From the IMG/VR virus record IMGVR_UViG_3300036785_000284, positions 1 to 61,349 of that record: DNA of 61,349 nucleotides; one strand, written 5' to 3'. The position numbers were made by a program, and so were the translations under genes. Shown one piece after another: positions 1 to 10,484 of the stretch (position 1 is its first letter; every line of letters begins with the position of its first letter). This stretch comes from a virus (Duplodnaviria; Caudoviricetes). The notes under the pieces were generated by a model. The model did not search any database. It was given only the letters and a program-made list of their open reading frames with translations, and was not told the DNA's origin.

Positions 1-173
1 TCATCCCGGCCCACGCGCCAGCCGGGCGAGCGATCTCGATGTAGGCGTTCCCGGATGATGGCGCGATGCGGAAGGTCGGGGTCGTGTCAGCCGCGCCCGG
101 CGACACGATGGAAACAAGGCCGGTCGCGCGGTTGATGGTCAGCGTCGAACCGATAAGCGCTCCCGCATCACTA
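1..173. repeat. Terminal overlap, left copy (circular assembly)
   Basis: Identical to 61177-61349 except position 74 (g) versus 61250 (a). It lies inside a reading frame that continues across the join. Confidence 0.95.
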
Positions 174-1297
174 TACCGATCAATCGAAAAATCCGACCCG
201 GCGTTGCCTCCGGTTTCGTTGGCGCCGATTGCGTTGATCTGGATATTCCAGCGCGCAAGTGTCGCCGTCTGAAACTGGACTGCCTTTCCTTGTGTTACCG
301 AACCGTTCAACAGGAGAAATTGGCCGCTGAACTTGGTGTAATCCACCGCGCCCGCGCCAAGCTGGGCGTTGGTCACCGCCCCGTTGGCGATCTGACCGGT
401 GGTCACCGCACCGTCGGCGATGTTGCCGGTAGCCACCGCCTTGGGGCCCAGCTTCGCCGTGCTCACCGCCCCATCGGCGATGTTGCCGTTGACGACCGCC
501 TGGGCGGCCAGCTGCTGACTGCCCACCGCGCCAGCGGCGATAGCCACCGTGCCGACCGCCCCGTTGACGATCTGTGGGGCGTCCACCTGATTGAGCGTCG
601 CCAGCGCGCCGAACCCTGTGGTGTCGGCAGCGGCTACATGGTCAAGCTGGTAGGCCCCGCCACGGACCATCAACGCCTTGCCGTTGTCGGCGCTGGTCTG
701 TGGCGGCAGCGCCCCAGGCGGACCTTGTGGGCCGACCGGGCCGACCACGCCCTGGATGCCCTGCGGACCCTGCGGTCCCACCGGGCCTATCGGACCTGTA
801 TCCCCGACCTCGCCCTGGAAGCGGGCCAGGAACACCACCTCATCCATCGCCACCAGCGCCGTCCCGGCAACCGGCGTGACGACCGGGATTTCGAAGTAGG
901 TCCCCCGGTCGAGCGGGGCGCTGGCGATCTGGTAGCTGATGTAGCTGCCGGGGGTCGTCTGATCCTCGACCAGTACCTCGTCGCCATGCCGCAGAAGGCG
1001 CAGGTAGTAGGTGACGTCGAGCGCCGAGGTCGTGGTCGTCGAGGCGTACATCGTGGTCGCCGTCGTCGGGTCGGCGGTGTCGAACCGCACTTCGCCGGTG
1101 GTGGGCGGGGCCACGGCTGCGTTGTTGTAGACATACTCCGCAACGCTGCTGAGGACCGGAGTACCCTTCTCGACGGCGTCGTTCATCCCGATCACCTCGA
1201 CGAACCGCATGTCCAGGCCGGTGTAGTCGACCGAGACGATCATCTCCAGATCAACAGGCTGGACGATGACCAGCAGGTCCTCGCCGTTTATCGCCAT
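1..1297 (-). CDS. Tail fibre 1, N-terminal part (continues across the join into 61176-60212; about 753 aa in total)
   Basis: ATG at 1297 overlaps the upstream TGA. Translates [25 protein letters not shown]..., a paralogue of 58005-60212, with collagen-like GPxGPx and 'IADGAVT' repeats. In frame with ORF 60212-61282 after circularisation. Missing from the ORF track because it has no stop within the window. Confidence 0.9.
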   Translation of the reverse strand, partial: MAINGEDLLVIVQPVDLEMIVSVDYTGLDMRFVEVIGMNDAVEKGTPVLSSVAEYVYNNAAVAPPTTGEVRFDTADPTTATTMYASTTTTSALDVTYYLRLLRHGDEVLVEDQTTPGSYISYQIASAPLDRGTYFEIPVVTPVAGTALVAMDEVVFLARFQGEVGDTGPIGPVGPQGPQGIQGVVGPVGPQGPPGALPPQTSADNGKALMVRGGAYQLDHVAAADTTGFGALATLNQVDAPQIVNGAVGTVAIAAGAVGSQQLAAQAVVNGNIADGAVSTAKLGPKAVATGNIADGAVTTGQIANGAVTNAQLGAGAVDYTKFSGQFLLLNGSVTQGKAVQFQTATLARWNIQINAIGANETGGNAGSDFSIDRYSDAGALIGSTLTINRATGLVSIVSPGAADTTPTFRIAPSSGNAYIEIARPAGAWAGM

Positions 1298-1674
1298 CAG
1301 TCTGACCCTCGCAGCAGGAACTGCAGCCGGGTGTAGGGCGTGAAGGTGTTGCCCGGGCCGTAGGCCACGACGATCTCCCCGACGTAGCGCCCCGGCGTAA
1401 GGTTCAGGGCGCCCGGTGCGAACCGGAAGCGCACCCGGCCGCCACTTCCTGGCGTAGGGTATTGCGACATGTCGGCGGTGATCAGGTCGGCTTGCAGGTC
1501 CCCAGCCAGCAGTTCGCCGACCATCTGGAACAGGATGACATCGACGCCTTCGGCCATGAAGTTCAGCAGCACCTGGGCGGTGGAGACATCGAGCGGCTGG
1601 TCCGGCTGGCGTAGCTGGATGTAGATCACCGGCCGGACGTCGCCGACCACGAGGCGGATCGGACTGGTGCTCAT
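1297..1674 (-). CDS. Virion/tail protein (BppU-like beta-sandwich), 125 aa
   Basis: MSTSPIRLVVGDVRPVIYIQL...GRYVGEIVV; ATGA-coupled to the upstream gene and directly upstream of the fibre gene. Confidence 0.6.
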   Translation of the reverse strand: MSTSPIRLVVGDVRPVIYIQLRQPDQPLDVSTAQVLLNFMAEGVDVILFQMVGELLAGDLQADLITADMSQYPTPGSGGRVRFRFAPGALNLTPGRYVGEIVVAYGPGNTFTPYTRLQFLLRGSD

Positions 1675-2315
1675 ATCCATGGCCTCAGCTGGATGGACTG
1701 CACAGCCCGGGTGTGCTCCCGCATGCGTCGCGCCTTGGCTTCCGACACCCCGCCGTAGAACCGTCCCCACATCATGCCCGCGCTGCCGGGGTCGTAGTAA
1801 GGCTGACCGGCGGTCTCGACCAGCCGGGCGCGGGCCCCGTAGGCCAGCGCCTCGGAATAGTAGTCGAACACCGTGTCGTCGATCTCGGCGGCGTCTGCGG
1901 TCGGCTGCACGGCGACCAGCAGCTGCATCGCCTTCGGTGCGTCGGTGTCCGGCGCGGGCACGAGGCAGATTTCGTCCGGCTCGAACTGGGTGGCGTAGTA
2001 GGGAGTGCCGACCAGGGTCGTCCAGGCCGTCCCGTAAATCTGGTCCAGCCGGTCCTTGGTGGCGAACCGCAGCGGGTAGGTCTGGCCGTCGATAGCGGCG
2101 CGCAGCACCACCGAGGGCACGGTGTTGGGCGGCGTCTCGATCTCGTAGATGCCCTGGGTGGCCAACAGGTCGACCGGCTCCAGTTGCTCCTGCTGCCAAA
2201 GGCTAAGCTTGTAGAACTCGATGCAGGCGAACCGCGCCGCGACGATCGCCGCCGGGGTGGAGCAGTCCCGGACGAAGGGCAGGATCAGCGGGGTCAGGTC
2301 GGCGATGGCGCTCAT
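1671..2315 (-). CDS. Head-tail adaptor / tail tubular-like protein
   Basis: 214 aa, translationally coupled within the structural operon after the capsid gene. Confidence 0.6.
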   Translation of the reverse strand: MSAIADLTPLILPFVRDCSTPAAIVAARFACIEFYKLSLWQQEQLEPVDLLATQGIYEIETPPNTVPSVVLRAAIDGQTYPLRFATKDRLDQIYGTAWTTLVGTPYYATQFEPDEICLVPAPDTDAPKAMQLLVAVQPTADAAEIDDTVFDYYSEALAYGARARLVETAGQPYYDPGSAGMMWGRFYGGVSEAKARRMREHTRAVQSIQLRPWI

Positions 2316-2998
2316 GCGGCAGCCCCCCTGGGGGTCAGCTCGGTGTTGCTGGTCAGCTTGTTGGGGGCCTCGCCCTCGATGGCGCTGTCGTGCGCGGAGG
2401 CGAACATCTGGAACAGCTGCAGGTAGCCCTGCGCCACCTGATCCCCGGCCGCGTAGTCGCTGTCCTTCTGGTGGGCCCGGAACATCGTGAAGTCGAACAG
2501 CGCCGTCTGGTAGAGGTCCGGCACGGCGATGTTGCCGGTCAACGCCGTGATGTCGGCCGGGTTCTGCGCGCAGCTGACCTCAAGGAAGTTGAACCCGGTC
2601 GACGGCGGGTAGACGTAGAACACCAGCGGGATGTCGGGGTTGTAGATGTAGTGCTGGGTGACCTCCGACCGCCGCGAGACATGCCAGTTGGGGTCGGTGC
2701 GGTCGAGGTTGTCACGGCCGATGGGCGTCACCACGCGTCCTGGCGTCTTGCCGTCGAGGCCCAGGTTGCGGGTGATCTCCACCAGCATGAAGGCTCCGGC
2801 CGGAAGCACCTGCTTGGTGCCGACCACCAAAGGCATCGGCGCGGTCACCGCGCCCAGCGTCGGGTTCACCGACACCAGCGTGCGCTGGCCGTCCGACAGC
2901 CACGACAGCAACTCTGTGTCGGTCCACCGCTGGGTCGGCAGATCGTCGATCAGCTGCGTGCGGACCCGCGTGATGATGGCCTGCGCTTGGACGGGCAT
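2312..2998 (-). CDS. Head-tail adaptor (DUF6682-like)
   Basis: MPVQAQAIITRVRTQLID...RWTDTELLSWLSDGQR...FRAHQKDSDYA; GAGGGA RBS before ATG 2998; directly follows the capsid gene. Confidence 0.7.
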   Translation of the reverse strand: MPVQAQAIITRVRTQLIDDLPTQRWTDTELLSWLSDGQRTLVSVNPTLGAVTAPMPLVVGTKQVLPAGAFMLVEITRNLGLDGKTPGRVVTPIGRDNLDRTDPNWHVSRRSEVTQHYIYNPDIPLVFYVYPPSTGFNFLEVSCAQNPADITALTGNIAVPDLYQTALFDFTMFRAHQKDSDYAAGDQVAQGYLQLFQMFASAHDSAIEGEAPNKLTSNTELTPRGAAA

Positions 2999-3070
2999 GG
3001 TTCCCTCTAAGGCGAGACGCCGGGCCAGCATCGGCTGACCCGGCACGCCTGTCTACGTCAGGGTCCAGCC

Positions 3071-4033
3071 CTAGTTGGTCACGATGGCGACGACCCACGC
3101 CTCCGGCTTGATCATCTTCTTGCCGTAGACGTTGAGGCCACGCACCAGTTGTCCGAAGTCGTTGGGGTTCTGCAGGCTCTCGGTCTTGGTGATCTGCGCG
3201 GCGAAGGTCAGCGCGGTGATGTGCCCGGCGAGGATCATCCGGCGCTTCAGAGCACCCGCGTTGGCGGAGCCGTCCGGGTTCTGCCCGGCGATGGCCTTCG
3301 GCAGCTGGTTCGACAGGTAGATGGTGAACCGGTCGATCACCCCCAGCTTGCCGTTGCGCAGGATGCTCTTGTCGTCACCGGTCAGGTAGGCCTGTTGCAG
3401 CGGCGAGGCCATCAGGTGCAGACGCGTCGCCGGGTCGATCACCAGCCAGCGCTCGGTGTCCGGGACGTTCTGCTCGTCGAGCGCCGAGGCCATCGCCAGC
3501 ACGACGTTGAGGATGGTGCCGACGTTGACCGAGAGGTCGATGGGGACGGTGTCGCTGCCGAGGTTCAGCGCGCCGGAGATGGCGCCTGCGGTGACGCCCT
3601 TGTTGGCGGCCGCGCCGTTGTTGTACTCGTCGAGCAGCACGCCACGGTCGATGGCGATGGCCATCTGCTTGGTGGCGTCGTCGGTGAACATGCTCATCAG
3701 GTTGGGCTTGGCTTGGTATTCGAGGACGTCCGAGACGTTCACCCCGAAATACTTCGCATGGTCGATGACGAGGTCGACGACGTTCGGCACCGGCACTTGG
3801 TAGTTCAGGTTCTGCCCGATCACGTAGTCGCTGATCGAGATCGACGGGATGTTGTTGATGACGATCGTGTCACCCATCCCCTTGATCTCGCCCTCGTAGG
3901 AGGTGTTGCTGATTTCACCGAACACGGTGGTCAAGTAGAACTTGACGTTCAGCTTGCCGGACCACAGCTGCGGAATGAAACTACCGGAGTAAGGCGGGGT
4001 GGTGTTGAAAGGTGCCTGGACAGCAACAGCCAT
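3071..4033 (-). CDS. Major capsid protein
   Basis: 320 aa with 'FIPQLWSGKL...YEGEIKGMGDTIVI...LDEQNVPDTERWLVI...RGLNVYGKKMIKPEA', typical of podovirus HK97-fold coat proteins; follows the scaffold gene. Confidence 0.9.
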   Translation of the reverse strand: MAVAVQAPFNTTPPYSGSFIPQLWSGKLNVKFYLTTVFGEISNTSYEGEIKGMGDTIVINNIPSISISDYVIGQNLNYQVPVPNVVDLVIDHAKYFGVNVSDVLEYQAKPNLMSMFTDDATKQMAIAIDRGVLLDEYNNGAAANKGVTAGAISGALNLGSDTVPIDLSVNVGTILNVVLAMASALDEQNVPDTERWLVIDPATRLHLMASPLQQAYLTGDDKSILRNGKLGVIDRFTIYLSNQLPKAIAGQNPDGSANAGALKRRMILAGHITALTFAAQITKTESLQNPNDFGQLVRGLNVYGKKMIKPEAWVVAIVTN

Positions 4034-4082
4034 GTGAGTTGCTCACGCTGGAGGGAGGGGATGAGCCCTCCCTCCAACCGCC

Positions 4083-5060
4083 CTAGCGGACGCGGTTCTC
4101 GGCGAGAGCCCTGTCGATCTCAGCTTCGATGCGCTCCACGTCGGCTCGGCGACCGCGATAGTCTCCCCGGGACACGTCCTTGTAGAAGGCGTCCATCTCG
4201 CCGACGGTCCACATCTTGCGGCCGTCGTCGGGGGTGACCGGTGCAGACGCTCGGGCTTGGCCGGGCGACACCTGTGATGCGAGGTCGGACCCTGGAGCGA
4301 CGGGTTCTGCGGGCGGAACGGCCGGGGTCAGCGTCGGCTCTGATGTGGCCACCCCGAGGTAGGCGTTGAAGATTTTGGCGGTCCTCGGGGCGTCGAACAC
4401 CCGGAAGGCCTGTTGCAGGATGTCGTTACGGATGACCCCGGAAAACTCGTCCGGTTGCAGGAGCCACGCCTTGAACGCGTCCTGGCCGTCGGTCTCCTCG
4501 TAGGTCGGGCAGAGCTTCGCCAAGTCGGTGAAGTAGATCGCCCGTCGCTCATCCGTGACGTTACCCGCCACCTCCTCAACCTTGCTCGCGCTGGCCGCCA
4601 TCTGCTTCCGCAGTTCGGCGATCTCGCCTTGCAGCTTGGCCTTTTCCCCAGCATCGCTTTCCACAGCGACGCGACGGATCAGGTCAATCAGGTCGTCTCC
4701 GTAAGTCTCGGCGTCCTCGGTCGTGACCAACTTCGCGGGCGGCGGCGTCGCAACCGGCTGAGCGGGCTCCGGTGTCGCGGTGCGGGTGGCGTTCAGGTTC
4801 TCGATCTGCTGGCTGAGGTTGGCGACTTGGTTCCGCAACTGCGGCACCTCGGCGTTGTACTTGCCCTGCAAGGTCTGGAACTTGTGCTGCCAGTCGTCCA
4901 CGGTCGGGGCGGGCTGGACCGGTGCGGGCGGCGTCTCCGGCGGGGCGTTCGGATCAGGCGGTGTCTCCTGGGTTTCGCCCCGCTCTGCAGCGAGTTGGGC
5001 TTCCAGGGCTTCCGTCTGCTCGTGTTGCCGCTGCACGGCCTCGGGCACTCGCATCGTCAT
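4083..5060 (-). CDS. Capsid scaffolding protein
   Basis: Acidic coiled-coil 'WQHKFQTLQGKYNAEV' and C-terminal 'IEAEIDRALAENRVR'; lies between portal and capsid genes. Confidence 0.75.
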   Translation of the reverse strand: MTMRVPEAVQRQHEQTEALEAQLAAERGETQETPPDPNAPPETPPAPVQPAPTVDDWQHKFQTLQGKYNAEVPQLRNQVANLSQQIENLNATRTATPEPAQPVATPPPAKLVTTEDAETYGDDLIDLIRRVAVESDAGEKAKLQGEIAELRKQMAASASKVEEVAGNVTDERRAIYFTDLAKLCPTYEETDGQDAFKAWLLQPDEFSGVIRNDILQQAFRVFDAPRTAKIFNAYLGVATSEPTLTPAVPPAEPVAPGSDLASQVSPGQARASAPVTPDDGRKMWTVGEMDAFYKDVSRGDYRGRRADVERIEAEIDRALAENRVR

Positions 5061-5132
5061 CTACGTCTCCAGCTGCAACTCGGGGGCGGGGCGGGTCCTG
5101 GCCTGGGTGTCCGCCTGCCCCTTAATGGTCAG

Positions 5133-5384
5133 CTATGCCAGCGGAGCCTGTCGGCCCAGCTGCGCCAGCATAGACCGCGCTTCGCGGGCGGTCTGCTGGA
5201 TATCCCGGAGGGTGGCGAGGCGACCCTTGATCTCATGGACGTCTGCGGTTTTCCGCGCGCCGATGAGACGTTTGGTGACCGCCTCGATCTCCTCCGTAAA
5301 CATCTCGTCCACGTCCTTCCACCTCGGCGTCTCCACGTACTGCGACAGGGCAGTCAGGGCGGCCACGGTGGGCTTGGTGAACAT
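5133..5384 (-). CDS. Small conserved protein between portal and scaffold
   Basis: 83-aa helical ORF in a position common in podoviruses. Confidence 0.65.
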   Translation of the reverse strand: MFTKPTVAALTALSQYVETPRWKDVDEMFTEEIEAVTKRLIGARKTADVHEIKGRLATLRDIQQTAREARSMLAQLGRQAPLA

Positions 5385-5422
5385 CCGGCCCGAACCTGCG
5401 AGCGACGCACAGCTTTGTCAAC

Positions 5423-7702
5423 CTACATGGGCGGCGTGTTGTCGGTGATCGGCGCCCCGTTGGCCAGCGTCTGGACGTTGCCCTGGGTGGCCCCTGGGCC
5501 CGGCGGCGTGCCGCCCTGCATGCCGCCCATCGCCGGGCTGGAGCCCGGCGCAGGGGCCACGCCGAGGCCGCCGGGGGCGCCGGGCGGCGGCGTGGCCATG
5601 GCGCTCTTGATCGCCAGCTTCTGGCGAAGGGTGTCGATGTCCGGCACCACGTCGTCGGTGTTCATCTGCAACGACTTGGCGGTCTCGCGCAACACCGCCG
5701 CGCGGCCCTCGATGCCCATGATCTGCATGTCGACCGGGTTGGCGGTGGCGGCCAGGAACTCGGTGCGGCGCACCTGGGCGTTCTCCCGGGAGACGAGGTT
5801 GGACGCGCCGCGCGCCACGATGTTGACGTCGCCCTTCAACTCGGGGTCGGTCTCGTAGCGCATGTTGAAGTAGTACAGCCGCTCCAGCAGCGGCTCCATG
5901 ATGTTGAGGTCGATGTTGCGGATCACGGCGGTGATCATCTTGCCCGCGTTGGACATCAGCATGCTGAGGCCCGACGCCGTGCGCCCCGGACCGCCTGACG
6001 AGGCGTCGCCGGTCATGTAGCGCGGGATGCCCGAGTAGTCGTCGGCCATCAGGGCGAACTTGTCGAACACCTCCATCAGGTCCTGCAGCACCGACTGCGG
6101 CTGGAAGAACCGGATCGGCGGGTCGGCGTTGCCCTGGCCCATCGGGTCGCTGGTCATCTGCCAGATGCGCCACGGCTTCAGCTGGGTGATCTGCTCGCCG
6201 GGCGCGAGCCGGTCGATCAGGATGCCGACCTGGGGTCCAGACGCCAAAGCGCCGTTGTTGACCATCGCCCGGCCGGAGGCGTTGCAGACATCCTGCGGGT
6301 CCTTGACCAAGTCGGCCACCGAGTTGCCCCAGAACGACCCCGGGACGTTCTCGTAGCTGGTGGCGTAGTAAGGCCTGCGGTTCAACGGGTCGGGGTTGAG
6401 CATCGCCTTGATGACGTAGGGCCCGATCAGCCACGCCTCGACCTGATACTCGCGGGTGGGGTCGGGTATCTGCGCCTTCTTCATCCCCCAGTCGAGCAGC
6501 AGCTGGCCCTGCACGGAGCCCCAGTATTGCAGCGCGTCGATCAGGTTGTCGGGGTTGGAGAACACGTAGGTCAGCGGCTTGCCGACCGCGTCGTCGAACT
6601 GGCTCTGGTCGAACAGCCACGTCTGCAGGCCCTGCGAGCCGAAGTCCTCCAGCACCATGGCGATGGCCCCGTCGTCGTAGCCGGGGACGCCGCGCAGGGT
6701 CTGCAACTCGGCCCGGCTGAGCCGGTGCTTCTCAATGAAGTCGCCGTCCTCAGGCGTGGTGGCCTGCGGCGATGGATAGACCTTGAACGGGTCGACCCGC
6801 TCCCACTCCTTGGCCAGCTTGACGTTGACTACCGGCTGGCCGTCCTGGCCCCAGGTCATGAACGGCTTCAGGCGGATCACCGGCCCCTTGATCAGCGCGG
6901 TGGGGAAGATGGTCAGGTCGTTGATGAACTCGTCCAGTGCGTCGAGGAAGTGGCCCTCGACCAGCTGGTCCTCCATCTTGTCGGCCATCCGGTCGGTGCG
7001 CTTCTTGGCCTCGTCGCGCACCGCCGACATCGCTTGGTCGTACATCATCGACATCATCTTGATGACCGCCGCCTGATCCGGCGGCGGCCCGCCGCCCTGC
7101 ATGGAGGCGGCGATCTGCTGCTGGATCGGCCCCTGCGCGGCGGCGACGATGGCGTCGTTGATGTTGGGCGGAAGCTCCGGCACCGGGGTCGGCTCGATCG
7201 ACCACGGGCGCTCCTCGCCGGTGGTCATCATCACATCCCTGATCCACGCCCCGGCCGCCCGGCACTTGGCCCCGGTGAGCCCGATGTAGACCTCCGACCC
7301 GCCTTCCTGGCGGATGGCGTTGAGCTTCTGCGGCGTGTAGACGCTCCGCCGGGCGCGCAGGTTGTCCATCATCCGCTGCTCGATGTCGCCGAACCGGCGG
7401 GCGTCGCGGGCGATGGTGAACTTGTTCTGGATGTGCCCGGCCAACCCGGTGATCAGCGGCTGGTTCTGCCGCTGCTCGGCGGCGGACCGTGCGTCGGCCT
7501 CCTGCTGCTGCAGCGCGCCCAGGCTCATCGCCCGCATGGCGGCGTTCTGCAGCACGACGACGTTGGTGCCGGGATTGGACGCCGGGACCGGCGGCGGGGC
7601 CGGACCGCCCAGCGGCGGGTTCTGGCTGCCCAGCCCGGGGACCACCCCGGGCGGCAGGCCTGGAGCGATGCCGCCACCGGTCGGATATACGCCAGCCGCC
7701 AT
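5423..7702 (-). CDS. Portal protein
   Basis: 759 aa; 'ERVDPFKVYPSP', 'NVPGSFWGNSVADL', 'RTASGLSMLM'; directly downstream of the terminase gene. Confidence 0.9.
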   Translation of the reverse strand: MAAGVYPTGGGIAPGLPPGVVPGLGSQNPPLGGPAPPPVPASNPGTNVVVLQNAAMRAMSLGALQQQEADARSAAEQRQNQPLITGLAGHIQNKFTIARDARRFGDIEQRMMDNLRARRSVYTPQKLNAIRQEGGSEVYIGLTGAKCRAAGAWIRDVMMTTGEERPWSIEPTPVPELPPNINDAIVAAAQGPIQQQIAASMQGGGPPPDQAAVIKMMSMMYDQAMSAVRDEAKKRTDRMADKMEDQLVEGHFLDALDEFINDLTIFPTALIKGPVIRLKPFMTWGQDGQPVVNVKLAKEWERVDPFKVYPSPQATTPEDGDFIEKHRLSRAELQTLRGVPGYDDGAIAMVLEDFGSQGLQTWLFDQSQFDDAVGKPLTYVFSNPDNLIDALQYWGSVQGQLLLDWGMKKAQIPDPTREYQVEAWLIGPYVIKAMLNPDPLNRRPYYATSYENVPGSFWGNSVADLVKDPQDVCNASGRAMVNNGALASGPQVGILIDRLAPGEQITQLKPWRIWQMTSDPMGQGNADPPIRFFQPQSVLQDLMEVFDKFALMADDYSGIPRYMTGDASSGGPGRTASGLSMLMSNAGKMITAVIRNIDLNIMEPLLERLYYFNMRYETDPELKGDVNIVARGASNLVSRENAQVRRTEFLAATANPVDMQIMGIEGRAAVLRETAKSLQMNTDDVVPDIDTLRQKLAIKSAMATPPPGAPGGLGVAPAPGSSPAMGGMQGGTPPGPGATQGNVQTLANGAPITDNTPPM

Positions 7703-7749
7703 GGGTCAGCCCTCTGCTCGGAGGGTCAAGGCATGGGCCAGGGGGAAGA

Positions 7750-9159
7750 TCATGTCCAGCCCATGGCGTTGACCCGCTGCACCGGCATGGCCTGCGGCCG
7801 CCCGTAGCCGACCCCGCCCTGGTCGGCGTCGGCATGCAGCGCGGCGTACTGGTCGGCGTCGGCGATGTGGCTGTAGGCCCCCTTGTCGGGGCTGTCCTCG
7901 GCGTCGCCGCTGCGACGCAGCTTGTAGCGGTAGCCGCCCCGGTAGGCGTTGATCAACGGCTTCGCCCCCTCGGGACAGAGGAGACGCCCGGGGCCGCCGT
8001 CGATCTGCCGGTTGAGGAACTTCTCCACCGCCCCGATGCGGGCGGTGGTGACGTTGGTCCGCGCCGGAATGGTCTTCAGCCCGGAGGCGGTGACCATCTC
8101 GAAACAGGTCCGCTCGTCGGTCTGGGCCCTTGCCCGGCCAGCCGGATCACCGACCACCAGCACCGGGAACCCGGGAAACTTGCTGGCCAGCAGCGGCTTG
8201 AGCTTGCTGTCGAGGAACCGCTGCACGCCCATGTTGTCGCTGGTCAACGCGTCGTAGGTCAGGAACCGGCCGCGCAAGTCCAGCTGGTTGACGGTGGCGC
8301 TGGGGTTGAGGCCGAAGTCCATGCCGATGATCAGCGGCCGGTCGGAGAGCCGGATCGGGACCAGCGGCTGCTTGGCGACGTGGAAGTCGAGCTTGAAGGT
8401 CCGGTAGACCGGCAGGCCCGAGAGCGACTTCCCGAACTTGGCGTGGATGTAGACGTCGATCCAGTCCGGCGACTTCCCCTCGGCGAGGTTCTGGTAGTAG
8501 TCCTGCGGCAGGTACTCCAGCCAGTCGGCCTCGGCGGAGAGGCCACTGGGCTGGTAGTGCACGGCGGCGTTCTTCGGCGGGTCGGTCAGGTAGCGCTCCC
8601 AGGCGGTGTCCATGTCCGGCGGGTTGGACGCGCCCCAGAGATGCTTGTTCTCGTTCCCCTGGTCGTCGACGCAGCCGACCCCGTTCTCCAGCTTCGACGG
8701 ATAGCGGCCGATGCGCCCCTGCAGGGCGTTGAACACCGCCATGTTGATCTCGCGGAACTCGTCGACGATGCCGAAGGAGACCTGCAGCGAGAGCAGCCTG
8801 CGCACGTCGTTCTGATCATCCAGTCCTCGAAACAGGACTTCGCACTGGGTGGTCCCGAAGCGCAGCTTGAACGTGCCGTCGGTCTTGGCGTAGTCCCCGG
8901 CGACGCCATCGGGGAACCAGCGCAGGAAGTCGGGGATCGAGGTGTCCTTGAGTTGTTCGCGGGTGTTGCGCACCCAGACGGCGCGCGAGCGGCGGATGCC
9001 GTCGCGGCATCTGGCCATGCGAGATGCATGATAGGCGATCTTCATGATCGCCGCCGTGGTCTTGGTGGAGCCGAACGGCCCGACAATCAGGTCGACGAAC
9101 GCCTCGTCGAGGAAGAACGGCGTCACCGTGCCGACCGGGGTGAAGGTCAGGGTCTCCAC
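7750..9159 (-). CDS. terL: Terminase large subunit
   Basis: Walker A-like 'GPFGSTKTT', 'VRNT', Walker B 'IVDE', nuclease motifs 'IGMDFG', 'GDPAG' and 'SHIADADQY'. Confidence 0.92.
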   Translation of the reverse strand: METLTFTPVGTVTPFFLDEAFVDLIVGPFGSTKTTAAIMKIAYHASRMARCRDGIRRSRAVWVRNTREQLKDTSIPDFLRWFPDGVAGDYAKTDGTFKLRFGTTQCEVLFRGLDDQNDVRRLLSLQVSFGIVDEFREINMAVFNALQGRIGRYPSKLENGVGCVDDQGNENKHLWGASNPPDMDTAWERYLTDPPKNAAVHYQPSGLSAEADWLEYLPQDYYQNLAEGKSPDWIDVYIHAKFGKSLSGLPVYRTFKLDFHVAKQPLVPIRLSDRPLIIGMDFGLNPSATVNQLDLRGRFLTYDALTSDNMGVQRFLDSKLKPLLASKFPGFPVLVVGDPAGRARAQTDERTCFEMVTASGLKTIPARTNVTTARIGAVEKFLNRQIDGGPGRLLCPEGAKPLINAYRGGYRYKLRRSGDAEDSPDKGAYSHIADADQYAALHADADQGGVGYGRPQAMPVQRVNAMGWT

Positions 9160-9168
9160 GGTGGACGG

Positions 9169-9570
9169 CTAGGCGGCGACCGGGACGCCCTTGGCGGGTG
9201 CGGCGGGTGCGGCGGCCTTGGCGGGCGGCTCGGACGGGAAGGCGAACACCCCGCCGGTGAACGTCGTCCAGACGCCGTTCATGACGCAGAAGTACATGGT
9301 CGCCCCGGGGGCTTGCGAGAACGCCGCCCCGGCCGCCCCGGCGCCGATGATGTCGGTGGGCAACTCGGGGAACACCTCGACGCCCGCGCCCGCGCCGATC
9401 ATCGTGCCGACCCCGCCGATCGCCGGGGGCAGCTTCACCGCTCCGGCGTCCTTGATCAGGTTGATGTCGTTGGTCAGCGGCGCGGCGGTGTCGATGTCGC
9501 CACCGGGGGTGGCCACGACCTTGCCGCTGGTGGAGACCCCGGCCAGGGTGGTGGAAGTCGCTCGGAACAT
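9169..9570 (-). CDS. Hypothetical protein, possibly virion decoration
   Basis: 133 aa with a GAGGAG RBS and genome-typical codon usage. Confidence 0.55.
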   Translation of the reverse strand: MFRATSTTLAGVSTSGKVVATPGGDIDTAAPLTNDINLIKDAGAVKLPPAIGGVGTMIGAGAGVEVFPELPTDIIGAGAAGAAFSQAPGATMYFCVMNGVWTTFTGGVFAFPSEPPAKAAAPAAPAKGVPVAA

Positions 9571-9608
9571 GGCGGTCGCTCCTCAGGGCTGGCGGCGCGT
9601 CGCGGACG

Positions 9609-10385
9609 CTAACCCTTCGGGAGCCGGGGGGGAAGCCCTACCGGCTGGGCATGCCGGTCGAAGGCCCGCGCGGCGGCCTGGGCCAGGGTGGTCCCGGCCA
9701 GGGAGCCCACGCCCGGCACCGCGCCCGCCACGCCGGTGGCGGGGGTCTGCGGATGGCGCACGTCGAAGTCGGGGGTCTTGAGGTTGGAGATGTAGACCGG
9801 CGGCGGCAGCGCGTGGTCGAAGGTCAGCAGCGGCGGAGCCGCAGGGGAAGGCGGCGCGGAGGTGGGGGAAGTCGGGGTCGCGACGGTGGGAAGGATTTCC
9901 GCCGCGACCCCTGGAGCCGGGCGGGTCGGGACGTTCGGGCCCGGGCTCGTACCAGGGGTAACGTTGAGAGGCGCGGTGGCGTCGCCATTGATTTGAATAT
10001 TGATCTGGAAGCCCGGCCCGGCCAGCGGAGCGGCGGCGGTCGGCTTGAGGCGGCCGATGTCGGTGAGCTGCTTGGCCACCTCCACTTGCAGGGGAGCCGC
10101 GATGGCGGCGGCCATCGACTGCTGGAACAGCCGGGTGAGCAGGGCTTCGGCCATGGCGGCGGCCTTGATCTGGAACAGCTGGCCCGCGTCCTGAAGTTCT
10201 TGTCGCTTTCTTGCGACCAGCTCGTTGAACCAGGGTAGCGCCAGCATGTGTTCGAAGTCGACCACGTCGAGGCCATGCCGCTCGGCGATGTCGTGCGGAT
10301 GGTCGGCCCCCATGGCGATCTCAAGCACCATCGCCGGGTCGAAGTTCAGCCAGGGCTGGGCCAGGGGGGCTTCGGACATGGGCAT
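9609..10385 (-). CDS. Probable terminase small subunit with long Pro-rich tail
   Basis: HTH-like N-terminus 'HPHDIAERHGL', helical body and 'GPGFQINIQING' strand; upstream of terL. Confidence 0.6.
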   Translation of the reverse strand: MPMSEAPLAQPWLNFDPAMVLEIAMGADHPHDIAERHGLDVVDFEHMLALPWFNELVARKRQELQDAGQLFQIKAAAMAEALLTRLFQQSMAAAIAAPLQVEVAKQLTDIGRLKPTAAAPLAGPGFQINIQINGDATAPLNVTPGTSPGPNVPTRPAPGVAAEILPTVATPTSPTSAPPSPAAPPLLTFDHALPPPVYISNLKTPDFDVRHPQTPATGVAGAVPGVGSLAGTTLAQAAARAFDRHAQPVGLPPRLPKG

Positions 10386-10484
10386 CTACCCTAGCTGGCC
10401 CCTGGCGTGGGGGCCAGGGGCCTACGAGCCTGAGACGCCGTGTACGTGTCCGGGGGGCGGGAGGTAAACGGTTTGCTCGCGGCC

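Noticed and set aside
1-173. Terminal repeat as a physical direct terminal repeat
   Set aside because: It lies mid-gene with the frame continuing across the join, so it is best explained as circular assembly overlap.
290-9612. Long plus-strand ORFs such as 290-1336, 4413-5858 and 7489-9612, and their equivalents elsewhere
   Set aside because: They are antisense shadows of real genes in high-GC DNA, with Arg/Gly/Val-rich translations and no recognisable motifs.
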